DNA of 64,000 nt from Candidatus Bathyarchaeota archaeon (GTDB taxonomy: Archaea > Thermoproteota > Bathyarchaeia > Bathyarchaeales > Bathycorpusculaceae), in the NCBI GenBank assembly GCA_963826715.1, contig CAWGYA010000008.1, positions 416,001 through 480,000 on the forward strand. The letters run 5' to 3'. The notes under the pieces were generated by a model. The model was not told the DNA's origin. It ran no database searches and saw only the letters and a list, made by a program, of their open reading frames with translations. The translations under genes were made by a program, and so were the position numbers. Of the stretch, positions 20,141-29,918 are shown piece after piece (positions within the stretch are counted from its first letter, which is position 1; each line of letters begins with the position of its first letter).

Positions 20141-21952
20141 CTATCGAATTTTTTCACGTAGCCTCATCAAAATTCCATCTATAGCCGCTTCAGCATTGCC
20201 GCGGAGCTTCTGATAATAGCGGATACTCTTCTTGTAGGATTCTAAAGAAATTTCACCCTTGCTACGCTGACGCTCAAGGGTTTTAATGTTCTTGTTCGCC
20301 GCAAATAGATCAGCTTCTGCCAAATCCAACTGCCGAATCAAGTCAGGATATGTTCCACCTGAACCTCTAAACAGTGCCTTTGTACGGTCTATGCTTCGAG
20401 TTAAACCTTCAGCGCGGACTTCAATTGTGTTTTTCTGCGCTTTAAATTGACGTCTGGGAATCTTGCCCTTCTGAGCTCGTGTTTCAAGTGTATACAATTC
20501 ACCATAAAGTTGTGTTAGTTCATCGTAAGTTGCTAAAAAGGAGCGAATGTTGTCAGTGGTTATCTGCTTTCCAGTTTTAATTTCGAAGATGGATGCTTCT
20601 TGCTGTGGTGTCGGCTCTTGGGTTGAGAGTTCCTCGGCTCGAACTCTGTACGTATCTTTTTTTGATATGCGCATTTTGTAAAAAACAGCCCCGATGCATG
20701 CGATAGCTGCTACAAAAACAGCATAGAATGTGGGTCTAAAAGAAACCCATACTGGATTATAATCATAAGATAAGTCTATGTTGTTGGTTTGCGGCGTTAA
20801 GTAATCCACATAGCTTATTCCGTTTTGGGTTACAGTAAGAGTGTCTTGGTAAGTATTACGCATCAAGGTAGAGGAGATATCGAGATTTGACGGTTGGGGG
20901 GAAGTTATGGTTGCGCCTTCAGGGGTGTTAAAGGTCATTGTTGCATGCTCTACGAAGTAATGAAAACTAGGAAACAGCTTGAAATCGAGCCCATAGTTTG
21001 ACCCCCGTAGAGCTGCACCAGGTAAGTTATACTTGGCTGTCAAGATTGTTGTCTGATCTTTGGTTATCAATGATACAAAAGTGATGTTAGCAAGCAATAC
21101 ATCACCTTGTATTGATTTAGAGAAACTGTTTTTGAGGTCTGCACCATATTGGTCTGTTATCAATATGTTTGTTGCCATCTCCGGTAGATTGAGGACAAAA
21201 GAAGTCAATGGAGATGTAGAGTTGCTGATAATTTGATAAGTGTCAATTGCTGACAGTACGCCATTTGTGTCGATAGTTATTTTTCGATCCAAGTCAGGTA
21301 TAGTGCATAGCTGCATTGTTCCGGATGGCATGTTGAAGGTCGCAAGGGCAATGTGGTGGGCATATGCAGGCAAGTTTGTTGTGAGATAGCTTTGGTCATT
21401 AGTGTTTCCGTCATCTTTTGTTATAGATAAATCTGTTGGAGCACTAGGGAAGGTTATGCTGACGCTGCACACCTTTGCATCTTGGATTAAACTGGGGTAG
21501 GCTGGGTACTCTAGAAGGTATGAACCATTGGCTAATTCGGTGATGATACGGTTTGAGAGGATAAAAGCAACGGTGAATTCATGTGGGTTGTTACCATTGA
21601 AGTTGATCTCTGCGCCGTAAAAGCCGCTTGAGCGATTGCCAAGTTTCATGCCTATGTTCATTTGATAGATGTTATTGTTGTCGTATGCTATACTTTTGAG
21701 GAGATAAGCACTGTATTGGTATGGTAATCCAATCATAAAGCCATCACTTACTGGGTCGGAGAGGGATATTGTGTCTAAGACAACGACTTGCCCTGAATAC
21801 ATAACTTGAATTTTACTTTCGATGTTGTTTATTGTATAGCTGTTTGATTGAGCTTTCACCGTGTCGGCTGGCAAAGAAATTGATAAGATAATCAGTAAAG
21901 AGAACACAACATTAAATATGTATGCAAGGGTCCGCTTCACAGAACTCACCAA
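20141..21952 (-). CDS. Type I membrane protein (signal peptide, large beta-rich ectodomain, TM, helical cytosolic tail); ribophorin-I-like architecture
   Basis: 603 aa; YDYNPVWVSFRPTF precedes the TM, and the C-terminus is coiled-coil-like. The family assignment is inference. Confidence 0.6.
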   Translation of the reverse strand: MVSSVKRTLAYIFNVVFSLLIILSISLPADTVKAQSNSYTINNIESKIQVMYSGQVVVLDTISLSDPVSDGFMIGLPYQYSAYLLKSIAYDNNNIYQMNIGMKLGNRSSGFYGAEINFNGNNPHEFTVAFILSNRIITELANGSYLLEYPAYPSLIQDAKVCSVSITFPSAPTDLSITKDDGNTNDQSYLTTNLPAYAHHIALATFNMPSGTMQLCTIPDLDRKITIDTNGVLSAIDTYQIISNSTSPLTSFVLNLPEMATNILITDQYGADLKNSFSKSIQGDVLLANITFVSLITKDQTTILTAKYNLPGAALRGSNYGLDFKLFPSFHYFVEHATMTFNTPEGATITSPQPSNLDISSTLMRNTYQDTLTVTQNGISYVDYLTPQTNNIDLSYDYNPVWVSFRPTFYAVFVAAIACIGAVFYKMRISKKDTYRVRAEELSTQEPTPQQEASIFEIKTGKQITTDNIRSFLATYDELTQLYGELYTLETRAQKGKIPRRQFKAQKNTIEVRAEGLTRSIDRTKALFRGSGGTYPDLIRQLDLAEADLFAANKNIKTLERQRSKGEISLESYKKSIRYYQKLRGNAEAAIDGILMRLREKIR

Positions 21953-22220
21953 ATACAGCTTGTTTATTGTTAGGTCGGCAGATTTATTTACTTTTACCGG
22001 AAAAAACTTATTTAGGAATAAAGACGGACTGGATCCAAAGTTAAATACGGATTTTGCAAAGTCAAAATTAGATGTCCAACTTATTTGGTGGATAGATCGT
22101 GCTTACGTAAGTTTGCGACTTGATTTCATTCTTGTTTTGGAGGAAGGTAATAGATTAAGTATAAACTATTGCCGGCGCGGTAACCATAAATTCTAATGGT
22201 TTCACAATAGTATGTAGAGG

Positions 22221-22928
22221 TTGATTACTTTGAAGTTTGAAATTAAATACAAGCCATCATACGCCATGCTGGTTACAAATCTTGAGCAGGGCGAAACTAT
22301 TACCGCTGAATCAGGCGCATTGACTTACATGACACCCAACATCGAAGTGCACACCCGCAAAAGAGAAAAAAGCATCTGGGGTAGTTTGGGCTTGAGCCTC
22401 ATTGGGGGACAATCGTTTTGGGTTAACGATTACATTTCGCAAAACAGTGCAGGCGAGGCAGCGTTTGTTGCAGCTCCCGTTGGGGACATTAAACAACTCG
22501 ATATTGTTCAGGGTAAAGGTTATGTTATCCAAAAATCTGCATATATAGCCTCCACCGCAGGAGTAGATCTTGACGTGAAGTGGGAAGGCTTCACCAAAGG
22601 TCTATTTGGGCAAGGGCTTTTCATGCTTAGAGCCACAGGCAATGGACAGATGTTTATTAACACATTTGGAGCCATCGATACCCACATGTTGGCAACTGGG
22701 CAAACTTTAATCGTAGATAATTTCCATCTTGTGGGCTTTAGCGAATCATGTAGCTACAAAGTCACTCGGCTTGGCGGTCTCAAAGAAACCCTGCTTAGTG
22801 GTGAGGGCTTAGTTACTCAAATCACTGGACCCGGCGAAGTGCATATCCAAACCAAGAATCTCCAAGAGTTTACAGAGTGGATCTGGACGCTACTTGCCCC
22901 GAAAGTTCGCAGTGAACGCGCGCGGTAA
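22221..22928 (+). CDS. TIGR00266/AIM24 family protein
   Basis: AESGAL, GQGLFML, VDNFHLV and SGEGLV...GPGEVHIQT. Confidence 0.88.
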   Translation: MITLKFEIKYKPSYAMLVTNLEQGETITAESGALTYMTPNIEVHTRKREKSIWGSLGLSLIGGQSFWVNDYISQNSAGEAAFVAAPVGDIKQLDIVQGKGYVIQKSAYIASTAGVDLDVKWEGFTKGLFGQGLFMLRATGNGQMFINTFGAIDTHMLATGQTLIVDNFHLVGFSESCSYKVTRLGGLKETLLSGEGLVTQITGPGEVHIQTKNLQEFTEWIWTLLAPKVRSERAR

Positions 22929-23002
22929 TCGATATTTTTTTTTCTTACATCTTCGGATAATCGGTCATACTTTTGCTCTTAAAACTTTTTTTGTTCACTA
23001 TT

Positions 23003-24547
23003 TTATCGGTCTAGCATAAAGGATTTTTCATGTGTAGCTCTTTCAGGAATCGTATCCAGCACCATTTTTTCCTTGGGTTTCTTGGACAACACAATGGGTG
23101 AGAGTTGATTAGCGAGCTCCAGCGCCGCGGACAATTTGCTTTCCCGTTCCGCATAGACCTCAAGTAAAACACTGTCTTTATGTACGGTTTCACCTAGTTT
23201 GGCATGCAACATTACGCCTGCGCCTTTCTCTTTTGGAGCACCTGCCAAACGGGCTATCCGCACTATATCATCGGTACTTAGCCATAGCACTTTACCAGCC
23301 TCCTGAGATTGCACCATCGCCTTGTAGGGTCCAACAGACAAATCTTCAGTCTTCACGTCAGGATTACCTCCTTGGGCCTCAATGATTTGGCGCAGTTTCA
23401 TCAATGCTTTGCCTGAATCAATCATATCCTCCGCCATGCTACGTGGATTCTCAACGCCCACCATTTCAAAAAGAATAGCGGAAAGACTCACAGCTTTCTC
23501 TCTCAGGTCAGGCGGACCCTGACCCATAAGTGTCAAAAGTGCCTCACGTGCTTCCAGCGCTGGTCCGATACCGCAACCAAGAGGTTGGTCTCCGAATGTA
23601 AGAGCACATTGTATGCTTAATCCTAGCCGTTTTCCAAGGTCCACAAAATCAGACGCCAAACTGTAGGCTTCTTGACGGGTTCTGATTTTTGCACCCATCC
23701 CTGTTGGGATGTCGATAACTACGTGTGTAGCACCGATAGCTTTCTTTTTGCTAAGAATCGAAGGCAGTAGCATAGGGTCAATTCCCAAGGGATATTCAAC
23801 TTGAATGAAGAGGTCATCGGCTGGTGCAAGCTCTAACGAGCCTCCCCAGACAAGGCAAGCTCCAGTTTTTTCTACGGTTGCCTTAATTTCTTTTATTGAC
23901 AGATTAACGGGACATAAAGTCTCGACGCGGTCTGCGGTTCCTGCAGGGGAAGTGATTGCGCGCGACGATGTTTTGGGTATGGTGAATCCTGCCGCCGCCA
24001 CTATTGGGACCACCAGCATGCTGGTTTTGTCCCCCGGGATACCGCCTACGCTGTGTTTGTCAAGGATCGGCGCGGTGCCAAAGCTTAGTGTTTTTCCTGT
24101 ACTTATCATAGCCCTAGAAAGAGCCTCAGTTTCAGCAGTGCTCAAACCGTGGATGCTAAGAGCAGTGAGGAAAGCGGCGATTTCTACCTGGCTCAGATGC
24201 CGTTCCACCACGTCTTTGACGATGGCAACTATGTCTTTTTCGCGAAGGCGCTCGCCGTGGAGTTTAGCGCGAATATTAAAGAGCGATTCGGGTAAAGGGG
24301 CCAATTTCACATCCACCACATCATCGTCCTTGACATTTAGTGCAGCTTCGGTTTCTTCAAAAAAGCCGATGTGATTTTGGGGGAAGTGCTCTGCGATGTT
24401 GGATATTGCAATCATTTCTTTTCTGCCATAGGAGATTTTGATTCTGTCTGAACTATGTACACCTAAAAGGTTGGCGGTTTGTTCGCTGATTACCGCTATG
24501 CGGTTGCCACCGGTGGTTATGTTTAAGAGTTCAACGATTAGCTCCAT
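23003..24547 (-). CDS. AMP phosphorylase
   Basis: N-terminal double-psi barrel-like domain, DKHSVGGIPG, PKTSSRAITSPAGTAD and GPALEAREAL. Confidence 0.93.
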   Translation of the reverse strand: MELIVELLNITTGGNRIAVISEQTANLLGVHSSDRIKISYGRKEMIAISNIAEHFPQNHIGFFEETEAALNVKDDDVVDVKLAPLPESLFNIRAKLHGERLREKDIVAIVKDVVERHLSQVEIAAFLTALSIHGLSTAETEALSRAMISTGKTLSFGTAPILDKHSVGGIPGDKTSMLVVPIVAAAGFTIPKTSSRAITSPAGTADRVETLCPVNLSIKEIKATVEKTGACLVWGGSLELAPADDLFIQVEYPLGIDPMLLPSILSKKKAIGATHVVIDIPTGMGAKIRTRQEAYSLASDFVDLGKRLGLSIQCALTFGDQPLGCGIGPALEAREALLTLMGQGPPDLREKAVSLSAILFEMVGVENPRSMAEDMIDSGKALMKLRQIIEAQGGNPDVKTEDLSVGPYKAMVQSQEAGKVLWLSTDDIVRIARLAGAPKEKGAGVMLHAKLGETVHKDSVLLEVYAERESKLSAALELANQLSPIVLSKKPKEKMVLDTIPERATHEKSFMLDR

Positions 24548-24629
24548 AATAGACCCTGCTTACTATGTGTGTTGGAAATAGTTAAAGATTTTAAGGGACC
24601 CAAGACTTTGATTGAGGTGAGGAATCCCA

Positions 24630-25853
24630 CTGAAGTACCTTGACTTTATTGATTTAAACTATCACCCCAAGGAAACAGATTTGATTTGCACTTTTGCATT
24701 GGAGCCTGAAGGCATCAGTTTTGAAGAAGCTGCGGGTGGCGTTGCTGCGGAGAGCAGCGTAGGCACATGGACCGAACTCAAAACCGATAAACCCTACGTA
24801 AAAAAAATAGCAGCACACGTTTTCAGCAGTATTGGAGACACCATAAAAATTGCATACCCCATCGAGCTTTTTGAAGGTTCAAACATGCCAAATATACTCA
24901 GCAGTGTGGCAGGCAATGTTTTTGGACTCAAAGCCCTAAAAAACCTGCGGTTACTCGAAATCGAATTTCCAAAGGCACTTCTCAGCAGTTTTAAGGGTCC
25001 CGGTTTTGGCATTGAAGGAGTTCGAAGGTTGCTTAAAGTTCCCGAACGCCCATTGGTGGGTACAATCATCAAACCAAAGCTTGGCCTAATTACAGTTGAT
25101 CATGCTAAAGTTGCTTACGACGCATGGCAGGGTGGATGTGATGTAGTCAAAGACGACGAAAATCTCAGCAGCCAGAAATTCAACCCTTTTCCAGAGCGGC
25201 TTGCTGCAACTCTTGAAGCACGTGACAGAGCACAATCTGAGACAGGTGAACGCAAAGTCTACATGGTCAATATCACCGCCGAAACGGATCTTATGTTAAA
25301 ACGTGCAAAAGCTGTATTGGATCAAGGTGGTGAGTATGTCATGGTTGACATTCTTACATGTGGTTGGGCGGCGTTGCAGACATTACGTGAACAGAATTTC
25401 AAGTTGGTTATCCATGCACATCGCGCTGGGCATGCGGCCTTTACTAAGAACCCATTGCATGGCATTGCAATGAAACCCATTGCGTCGGTTGCTCGAATCA
25501 TTGGTGTAGATCAGCTCCACGTAGGCACCGTAGTGGGAAAGATGTCTGAGACCAAAGCCGAAGTGTTAGAGAATATAACGGCATGCAAAATACAGATGGA
25601 TGAAATGAAACCTGTACTACCGGTTGCAAGTGGAGGGTTACATCCAGGATTGGTTCCTGCGTTATTAGAGACTTTCGGTAACGATGTTGTATTACAGGCT
25701 GGTGGGGGTATCCATGGACACCCGGAAGGTACTGTGGCAGGAGCAAAAGCGATGCGCCAAGCTGTCGAAGCTGTATTAGAAGGCAAAAAACTTGAGGAAT
25801 ATGCCCAAAACCACAAGGAACTCGCCCTAGCATTGAAACAATGGAAAACCTAA
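24630..25853 (+). CDS. rbcL: RuBisCO form III large subunit
   Basis: AAESSVGTWT, KPKLGL, VVKDDE, HAHRA, SGGLHP and GGGIHGHP. The frame extends 5' to CTG 24630 (LKYLDFIDLNY), with SD GAGGTGA 9 nt upstream. Confidence 0.95.
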   Translation: MKYLDFIDLNYHPKETDLICTFALEPEGISFEEAAGGVAAESSVGTWTELKTDKPYVKKIAAHVFSSIGDTIKIAYPIELFEGSNMPNILSSVAGNVFGLKALKNLRLLEIEFPKALLSSFKGPGFGIEGVRRLLKVPERPLVGTIIKPKLGLITVDHAKVAYDAWQGGCDVVKDDENLSSQKFNPFPERLAATLEARDRAQSETGERKVYMVNITAETDLMLKRAKAVLDQGGEYVMVDILTCGWAALQTLREQNFKLVIHAHRAGHAAFTKNPLHGIAMKPIASVARIIGVDQLHVGTVVGKMSETKAEVLENITACKIQMDEMKPVLPVASGGLHPGLVPALLETFGNDVVLQAGGGIHGHPEGTVAGAKAMRQAVEAVLEGKKLEEYAQNHKELALALKQWKT

Positions 25854-26021
25854 TTGATTTCACTAACGCTCTAATCCTTATCTGCTTGACAAATGCACAC
25901 GTTAAAGGACAGAATATTAGCATTCATTCAGCCCTAAGCCATACTTCAACTGCATCTTACTTGGTTATGTTTTGGAAGATAGAAATTTGCATAATCAGAT
26001 TAGAATATCTAAACTTAGAAA

Positions 26022-26939
26022 TTAGAAAACCCATTGATACTTTAGTCGCATAACTTCAACAATCGACTGAGGAGCTATAATGCCTGCTTCGCAGATTATT
26101 CCATTGATATAGCGGTTGGGCGTAACATCAAAAGCTGGGTTCCGCACTATCAGCTTCGCTGGCGCTTCAGACCAAACTTCCGCGGGATTGCGTTGCTCGA
26201 TTTTCTCGCAGTCACCTTTAAGCGTTTCTGGATCAAATTTAAGCAGCTCCGAAACAACATAAAACGGCTTGCGAGCTTCATGAGCCATCAACGAGAGTCC
26301 AGATGTACCAATTTTGTTTACCACATCACCCTCAGAAGTGATGGCGTCTGCGCCAACAACTACAAGATCAACTTCGCCCATAAAAGTACGGGCAGCTGAA
26401 TCCACAATTAAAGTGGTCGGGATATCCAAATCTACAAGCTCCTTGGCTGTTATTCTCCCTTGATGAGCGGGACGCGTTTCGGTACAAATCACTTTGAAGT
26501 TTTTGCCTTCCGATTTGGCTTTGGCAAGGAGTCGCGTGACAGTGGAGCTGTGGCAATGCGTGAATACAACTGTTTCGTTGCGGATGCGCTTGGCACCTAT
26601 CTCAGCAGTTTGCTCCCTTGATATTTCGAGTTCTTTGAGGAATTTACTAGCGTTTTTTATAACCTCCGTCTTAAGTACTGAAATGTCGGTTGCTGAGGAG
26701 TTTTTAGTCTGGGTTATTATGTAGTGGATGGCATTTCGCATAAGAGGCTCGGTTTCTCGGGTGGCATAAAATATCCTTTGGGCTTCTTTGAGCGCTGTGA
26801 GGAGTTGGGGTTTGGTTTGGGCTTCGGTTTGCTCAGCTAGAGTTTGGAATGCTTCGATTGCAGCTATGGCGACATTTCTTGCTCCTTGAACCTGGAGTCT
26901 ACGAATTTTTTCTGCGGTAATCAGAACTGTAGTTGCCAA
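26022..26939 (-). CDS. Ribose-1,5-bisphosphate isomerase (eIF-2B-like)
   Basis: VQGARNVA, FTHCHSSTV, ETRP, VVVGADAI, NKIGT and NPAFDVTP; adjacent to rbcL and AMP phosphorylase. Confidence 0.88.
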   Translation of the reverse strand: MATTVLITAEKIRRLQVQGARNVAIAAIEAFQTLAEQTEAQTKPQLLTALKEAQRIFYATRETEPLMRNAIHYIITQTKNSSATDISVLKTEVIKNASKFLKELEISREQTAEIGAKRIRNETVVFTHCHSSTVTRLLAKAKSEGKNFKVICTETRPAHQGRITAKELVDLDIPTTLIVDSAARTFMGEVDLVVVGADAITSEGDVVNKIGTSGLSLMAHEARKPFYVVSELLKFDPETLKGDCEKIEQRNPAEVWSEAPAKLIVRNPAFDVTPNRYINGIICEAGIIAPQSIVEVMRLKYQWVF

Positions 26940-27029
26940 ACTAATGCACCCAAAGCATAATCGTATATGTTATGTTAGTATTTTGTGGAGAAACATATAA
27001 GGAAATTCATAGCAATACTTGTGAGCTTA

Positions 27030-28184
27030 ATGTTGCCTAATGAAGACACCGTAAAAAGTATTCTTTCACCTTATGTGCAGCCATGGTATAACTCGATCGC
27101 TGATCCAAAGAAGGCGCAAGAGCAAGTGCTTGGTGAGCTTTTGCAAAAATACTCGCAAAGCGAGTACGGAGCAGGTTATAATGCGGATAAAATTGCTAAA
27201 ATTTCCGACTACCAAGCCAATTTTCCCATAATCAATTACTCAGAATTATCGCCTTATCTCGCCCGGTTACGTGAAGGACATTTTAAGGCGTTTCTTTCTG
27301 AGCCGCCTCAATGTTGGGTTATGACCCGGGGTTCCACAGGTCATAGCAAACTCATCCCAGCAACCGAGACTCACCTGAAACAAATTTTTAGTTGTGGCGC
27401 TAGAGCTATAATTAATTATGCCCTTCAAAAAAAGAATTACGAGGTCTTCTTGGGCGTCATTTTAAACCTCAATTTTCCTTCAAGCGTTTATACTATGAAC
27501 ATCGAGGGCAAAGAAATCAGCTACGGATACAGCAGCGGCACCTATGCCAGATTAAACCCTATGTTCGACCGAGTGAGCTTGCTTCCAAAGCAAGAGGATA
27601 TTGACAAATTAGGTAGTGGCATCGGACCGGAAGACTGGCAAAGACGTTTTGACTTGGTCTACGAGATGGCAAAAGATCAGAATGTGACCGCTACTATGGG
27701 AGTAACCCCAGTAATCCTCTCTTTTGCAAGATACATTAAAAATAGATATGGCAAACTACCCAGAGAGATCTGGAAACCCAAGGCTCTCTTCTGCACTAGC
27801 GTTCGCAAAATTCAATATAAATATGGCCCGATCCTCAAAAAATACTTCGGTGAAGTCCCAATTGTAGAGATGTATACGGCAACAGAAGGAGTGTTTGGGC
27901 AGCAACTTGATGACTTCCCCTATATCACTCCCAATTATGATTCTTACCTCTTTGAAGTCGCCACCGGAAGGGGTGTAAAAATGCTTCATGATCTAAAAAG
28001 AGGCGAATGGGGCAGTCTTATCATTTCTACATGTATGCTACCACGCTATGAAATCGGTGACTTGGTCGAAGCCGCAGGCAAAAACTACTATCGAATCTTT
28101 GGAAGAAAAAGTAACTTAACGCTTTTTGAGCATCGAGTATATCATGCTTTTCTGGGATGGTTGCTTTACCCAGGCACTGGATGA
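27030..28184 (+). CDS. GH3 (auxin-responsive-like) acyl-adenylate-forming family protein
   Basis: MTRGSTGHSKLIP, EMYTATEG and LPRYEIGDLV motifs. Confidence 0.8.
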   Translation: MLPNEDTVKSILSPYVQPWYNSIADPKKAQEQVLGELLQKYSQSEYGAGYNADKIAKISDYQANFPIINYSELSPYLARLREGHFKAFLSEPPQCWVMTRGSTGHSKLIPATETHLKQIFSCGARAIINYALQKKNYEVFLGVILNLNFPSSVYTMNIEGKEISYGYSSGTYARLNPMFDRVSLLPKQEDIDKLGSGIGPEDWQRRFDLVYEMAKDQNVTATMGVTPVILSFARYIKNRYGKLPREIWKPKALFCTSVRKIQYKYGPILKKYFGEVPIVEMYTATEGVFGQQLDDFPYITPNYDSYLFEVATGRGVKMLHDLKRGEWGSLIISTCMLPRYEIGDLVEAAGKNYYRIFGRKSNLTLFEHRVYHAFLGWLLYPGTG

Positions 28185-28561
28185 CGACGACGGGCAATTA
28201 TTGCCATGTAAACTGCACCCACTATTATAATTATGCCAATAACCAAAAGTATGATTGCCCAGTTTTGCCCTGTATCAACTATATAGCCGCTTAGTTGCAA
28301 AACTGAAAACAGACCAAAAATAATCAAAATCAAACCGCCAATGAGATAGCCCATAAATCCACGTTCGCTCTTCTCCTGTTTTTCGCGATTTTCGTTTTTT
28401 TCTTGTTTCTCGTTCTTTTCAGATTTCTCGTTTTTTCTTTGATAGGTTGAAGGCGATTGAGTCTGTTGCTCTGCTGTTGGATTTTTCAGAGATGCGCCAC
28501 AGCGAGGGCAAAACACCATCTGATCGTCGATTGGATTGCCACATTTGGGACAGTATGACAT
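28166..28561 (-). CDS. Zinc-ribbon, two-TM membrane protein
   Basis: CPKCG...CPRCG, a charged linker and two TM helices. Confidence 0.8.
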   Translation of the reverse strand: MSYCPKCGNPIDDQMVFCPRCGASLKNPTAEQQTQSPSTYQRKNEKSEKNEKQEKNENREKQEKSERGFMGYLIGGLILIIFGLFSVLQLSGYIVDTGQNWAIILLVIGIIIIVGAVYMAIIARRRHPVPG

Positions 28562-28673
28562 GAGACGTTCCTCGATACAGTTTACTGCTAAGAGTATTTA
28601 AAACATGTACCTAGCGACATTAAGAGAAACATATATTTGCTAATTAACATATTTTGACGAAGGTGAAAAAAGG

Positions 28674-29174
28674 TTGAGTACCGCCCAAATCAGTCATGCT
28701 TTAACAGAAAAAAGAAAAGAAAACCTTTTTTCCGCCATTTATATAGGCGGTCTTCTTATCTCTGCAGCGGTTATTTACAGCAGTCATCTACCAAGCAGCC
28801 TCTGGAATAAACTCGTCGATTTTTTCCTATCTCTTACATTAGCCCCAGTTCCAAACACAGGTATCTCTCTCCCTGCACCCATTGATCCAGCCGTTCACAC
28901 AGAACTATATACTGCGGGTTTCCAGATAGCTATAGCCATAGGCATAATAGAAATAATCATTTTGTTTCTACGTGTCTTTCTGCATTCCCCCGTGTCACGG
29001 GTGGCAGAAACCATCGAAAACATCGTATTCTGGCTTGGAGCAAGTTACCTAGCAAATACATACCTAATTAACATGACAATCTCCAGTGAATGGTTCGTGT
29101 TCTGGGCTGGCGTAATCTTAATCTTCGGAATTGCTCTCCTTGCTCGAGGATTTGTCCTGCTTTCTAAACGATAG
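28674..29174 (+). CDS. Hypothetical four-TM membrane protein
   Basis: Hydrophobic segments; SD GGTGA upstream of the TTG start. Confidence 0.65.
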   Translation: MSTAQISHALTEKRKENLFSAIYIGGLLISAAVIYSSHLPSSLWNKLVDFFLSLTLAPVPNTGISLPAPIDPAVHTELYTAGFQIAIAIGIIEIIILFLRVFLHSPVSRVAETIENIVFWLGASYLANTYLINMTISSEWFVFWAGVILIFGIALLARGFVLLSKR

Positions 29175-29177
29175 AAA

Positions 29178-29918
29178 CTATTTTTTCATAACTTTAAGCG
29201 TCCACCATAAAGACACTATCTGGCAAAACATACTCCAGGAATCTTTTGCAAGATTCACTTTTGTGTTTTTTCCGCTATGCCATTCAACAGCGATCTCCTT
29301 AATTTTGTAACCATGCGCATATCCGCGAACCATAACTTCGGTGTCCCAAAACCAATGAGTCGCTGCCACTTCATCAAGTAGCCCCAAAAGCCGCTCCTTT
29401 TTAAACGCTTTAAAGCCGCATTGATGGTCTTTGAGTTTTGAACCCAATAAATGGCGGACAAGGAAGTTGTAACTTTTGCTGCTAAATCCTCTGCTGAAAG
29501 TGCGCTCAGCTCTGCTCTCGGGAAGCATACGCGAACCTGTTGTGAAATCATAGCCCTCAATAGATATGGCCTCAACCAACGGTTTCAGATACTTCAAATC
29601 CGTAGCTAAATCCAAATCCATATAAACCAAAACCTGTCCGTTGCAGTGCCGAAAAGCATTATTGAGAGCTTTGCCCCGTCCCAGCCGGACATCGCGATGA
29701 ATGTGTCTAACGCTATTGTACCTTCGGGCTAACTTCTCCGAACACTCAGCAGTACCGTCTGTGCTACCATCCTCGGCAATCACAACTTCATAAGATTCAG
29801 CGAATTGGTTGAGAGTTTGCAGGGTTTTCTCAACAGCGTTTGCAAGATAAGTCACTTCGTTGTAAGCTGGTAGAACCAACGAAACCGTAACTGATTCATT
29901 TGGCCTTAGCGAAGTCAT
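29178..29918 (-). CDS. GT2 polyprenyl/dolichol-phosphate glycosyltransferase (DPM1-like)
   Basis: LPAYNE, EDGSTDGT, MDLDL, GSR, DHQCGFKAF and WFWDTE. Confidence 0.9.
   Translation of the reverse strand: MTSLRPNESVTVSLVLPAYNEVTYLANAVEKTLQTLNQFAESYEVVIAEDGSTDGTAECSEKLARRYNSVRHIHRDVRLGRGKALNNAFRHCNGQVLVYMDLDLATDLKYLKPLVEAISIEGYDFTTGSRMLPESRAERTFSRGFSSKSYNFLVRHLLGSKLKDHQCGFKAFKKERLLGLLDEVAATHWFWDTEVMVRGYAHGYKIKEIAVEWHSGKNTKVNLAKDSWSMFCQIVSLWWTLKVMKK

Noticed and set aside
28370-28440. Short EK/NEK repeats
   Set aside because: Low-complexity charged linker within a CDS, not a DNA repeat array.
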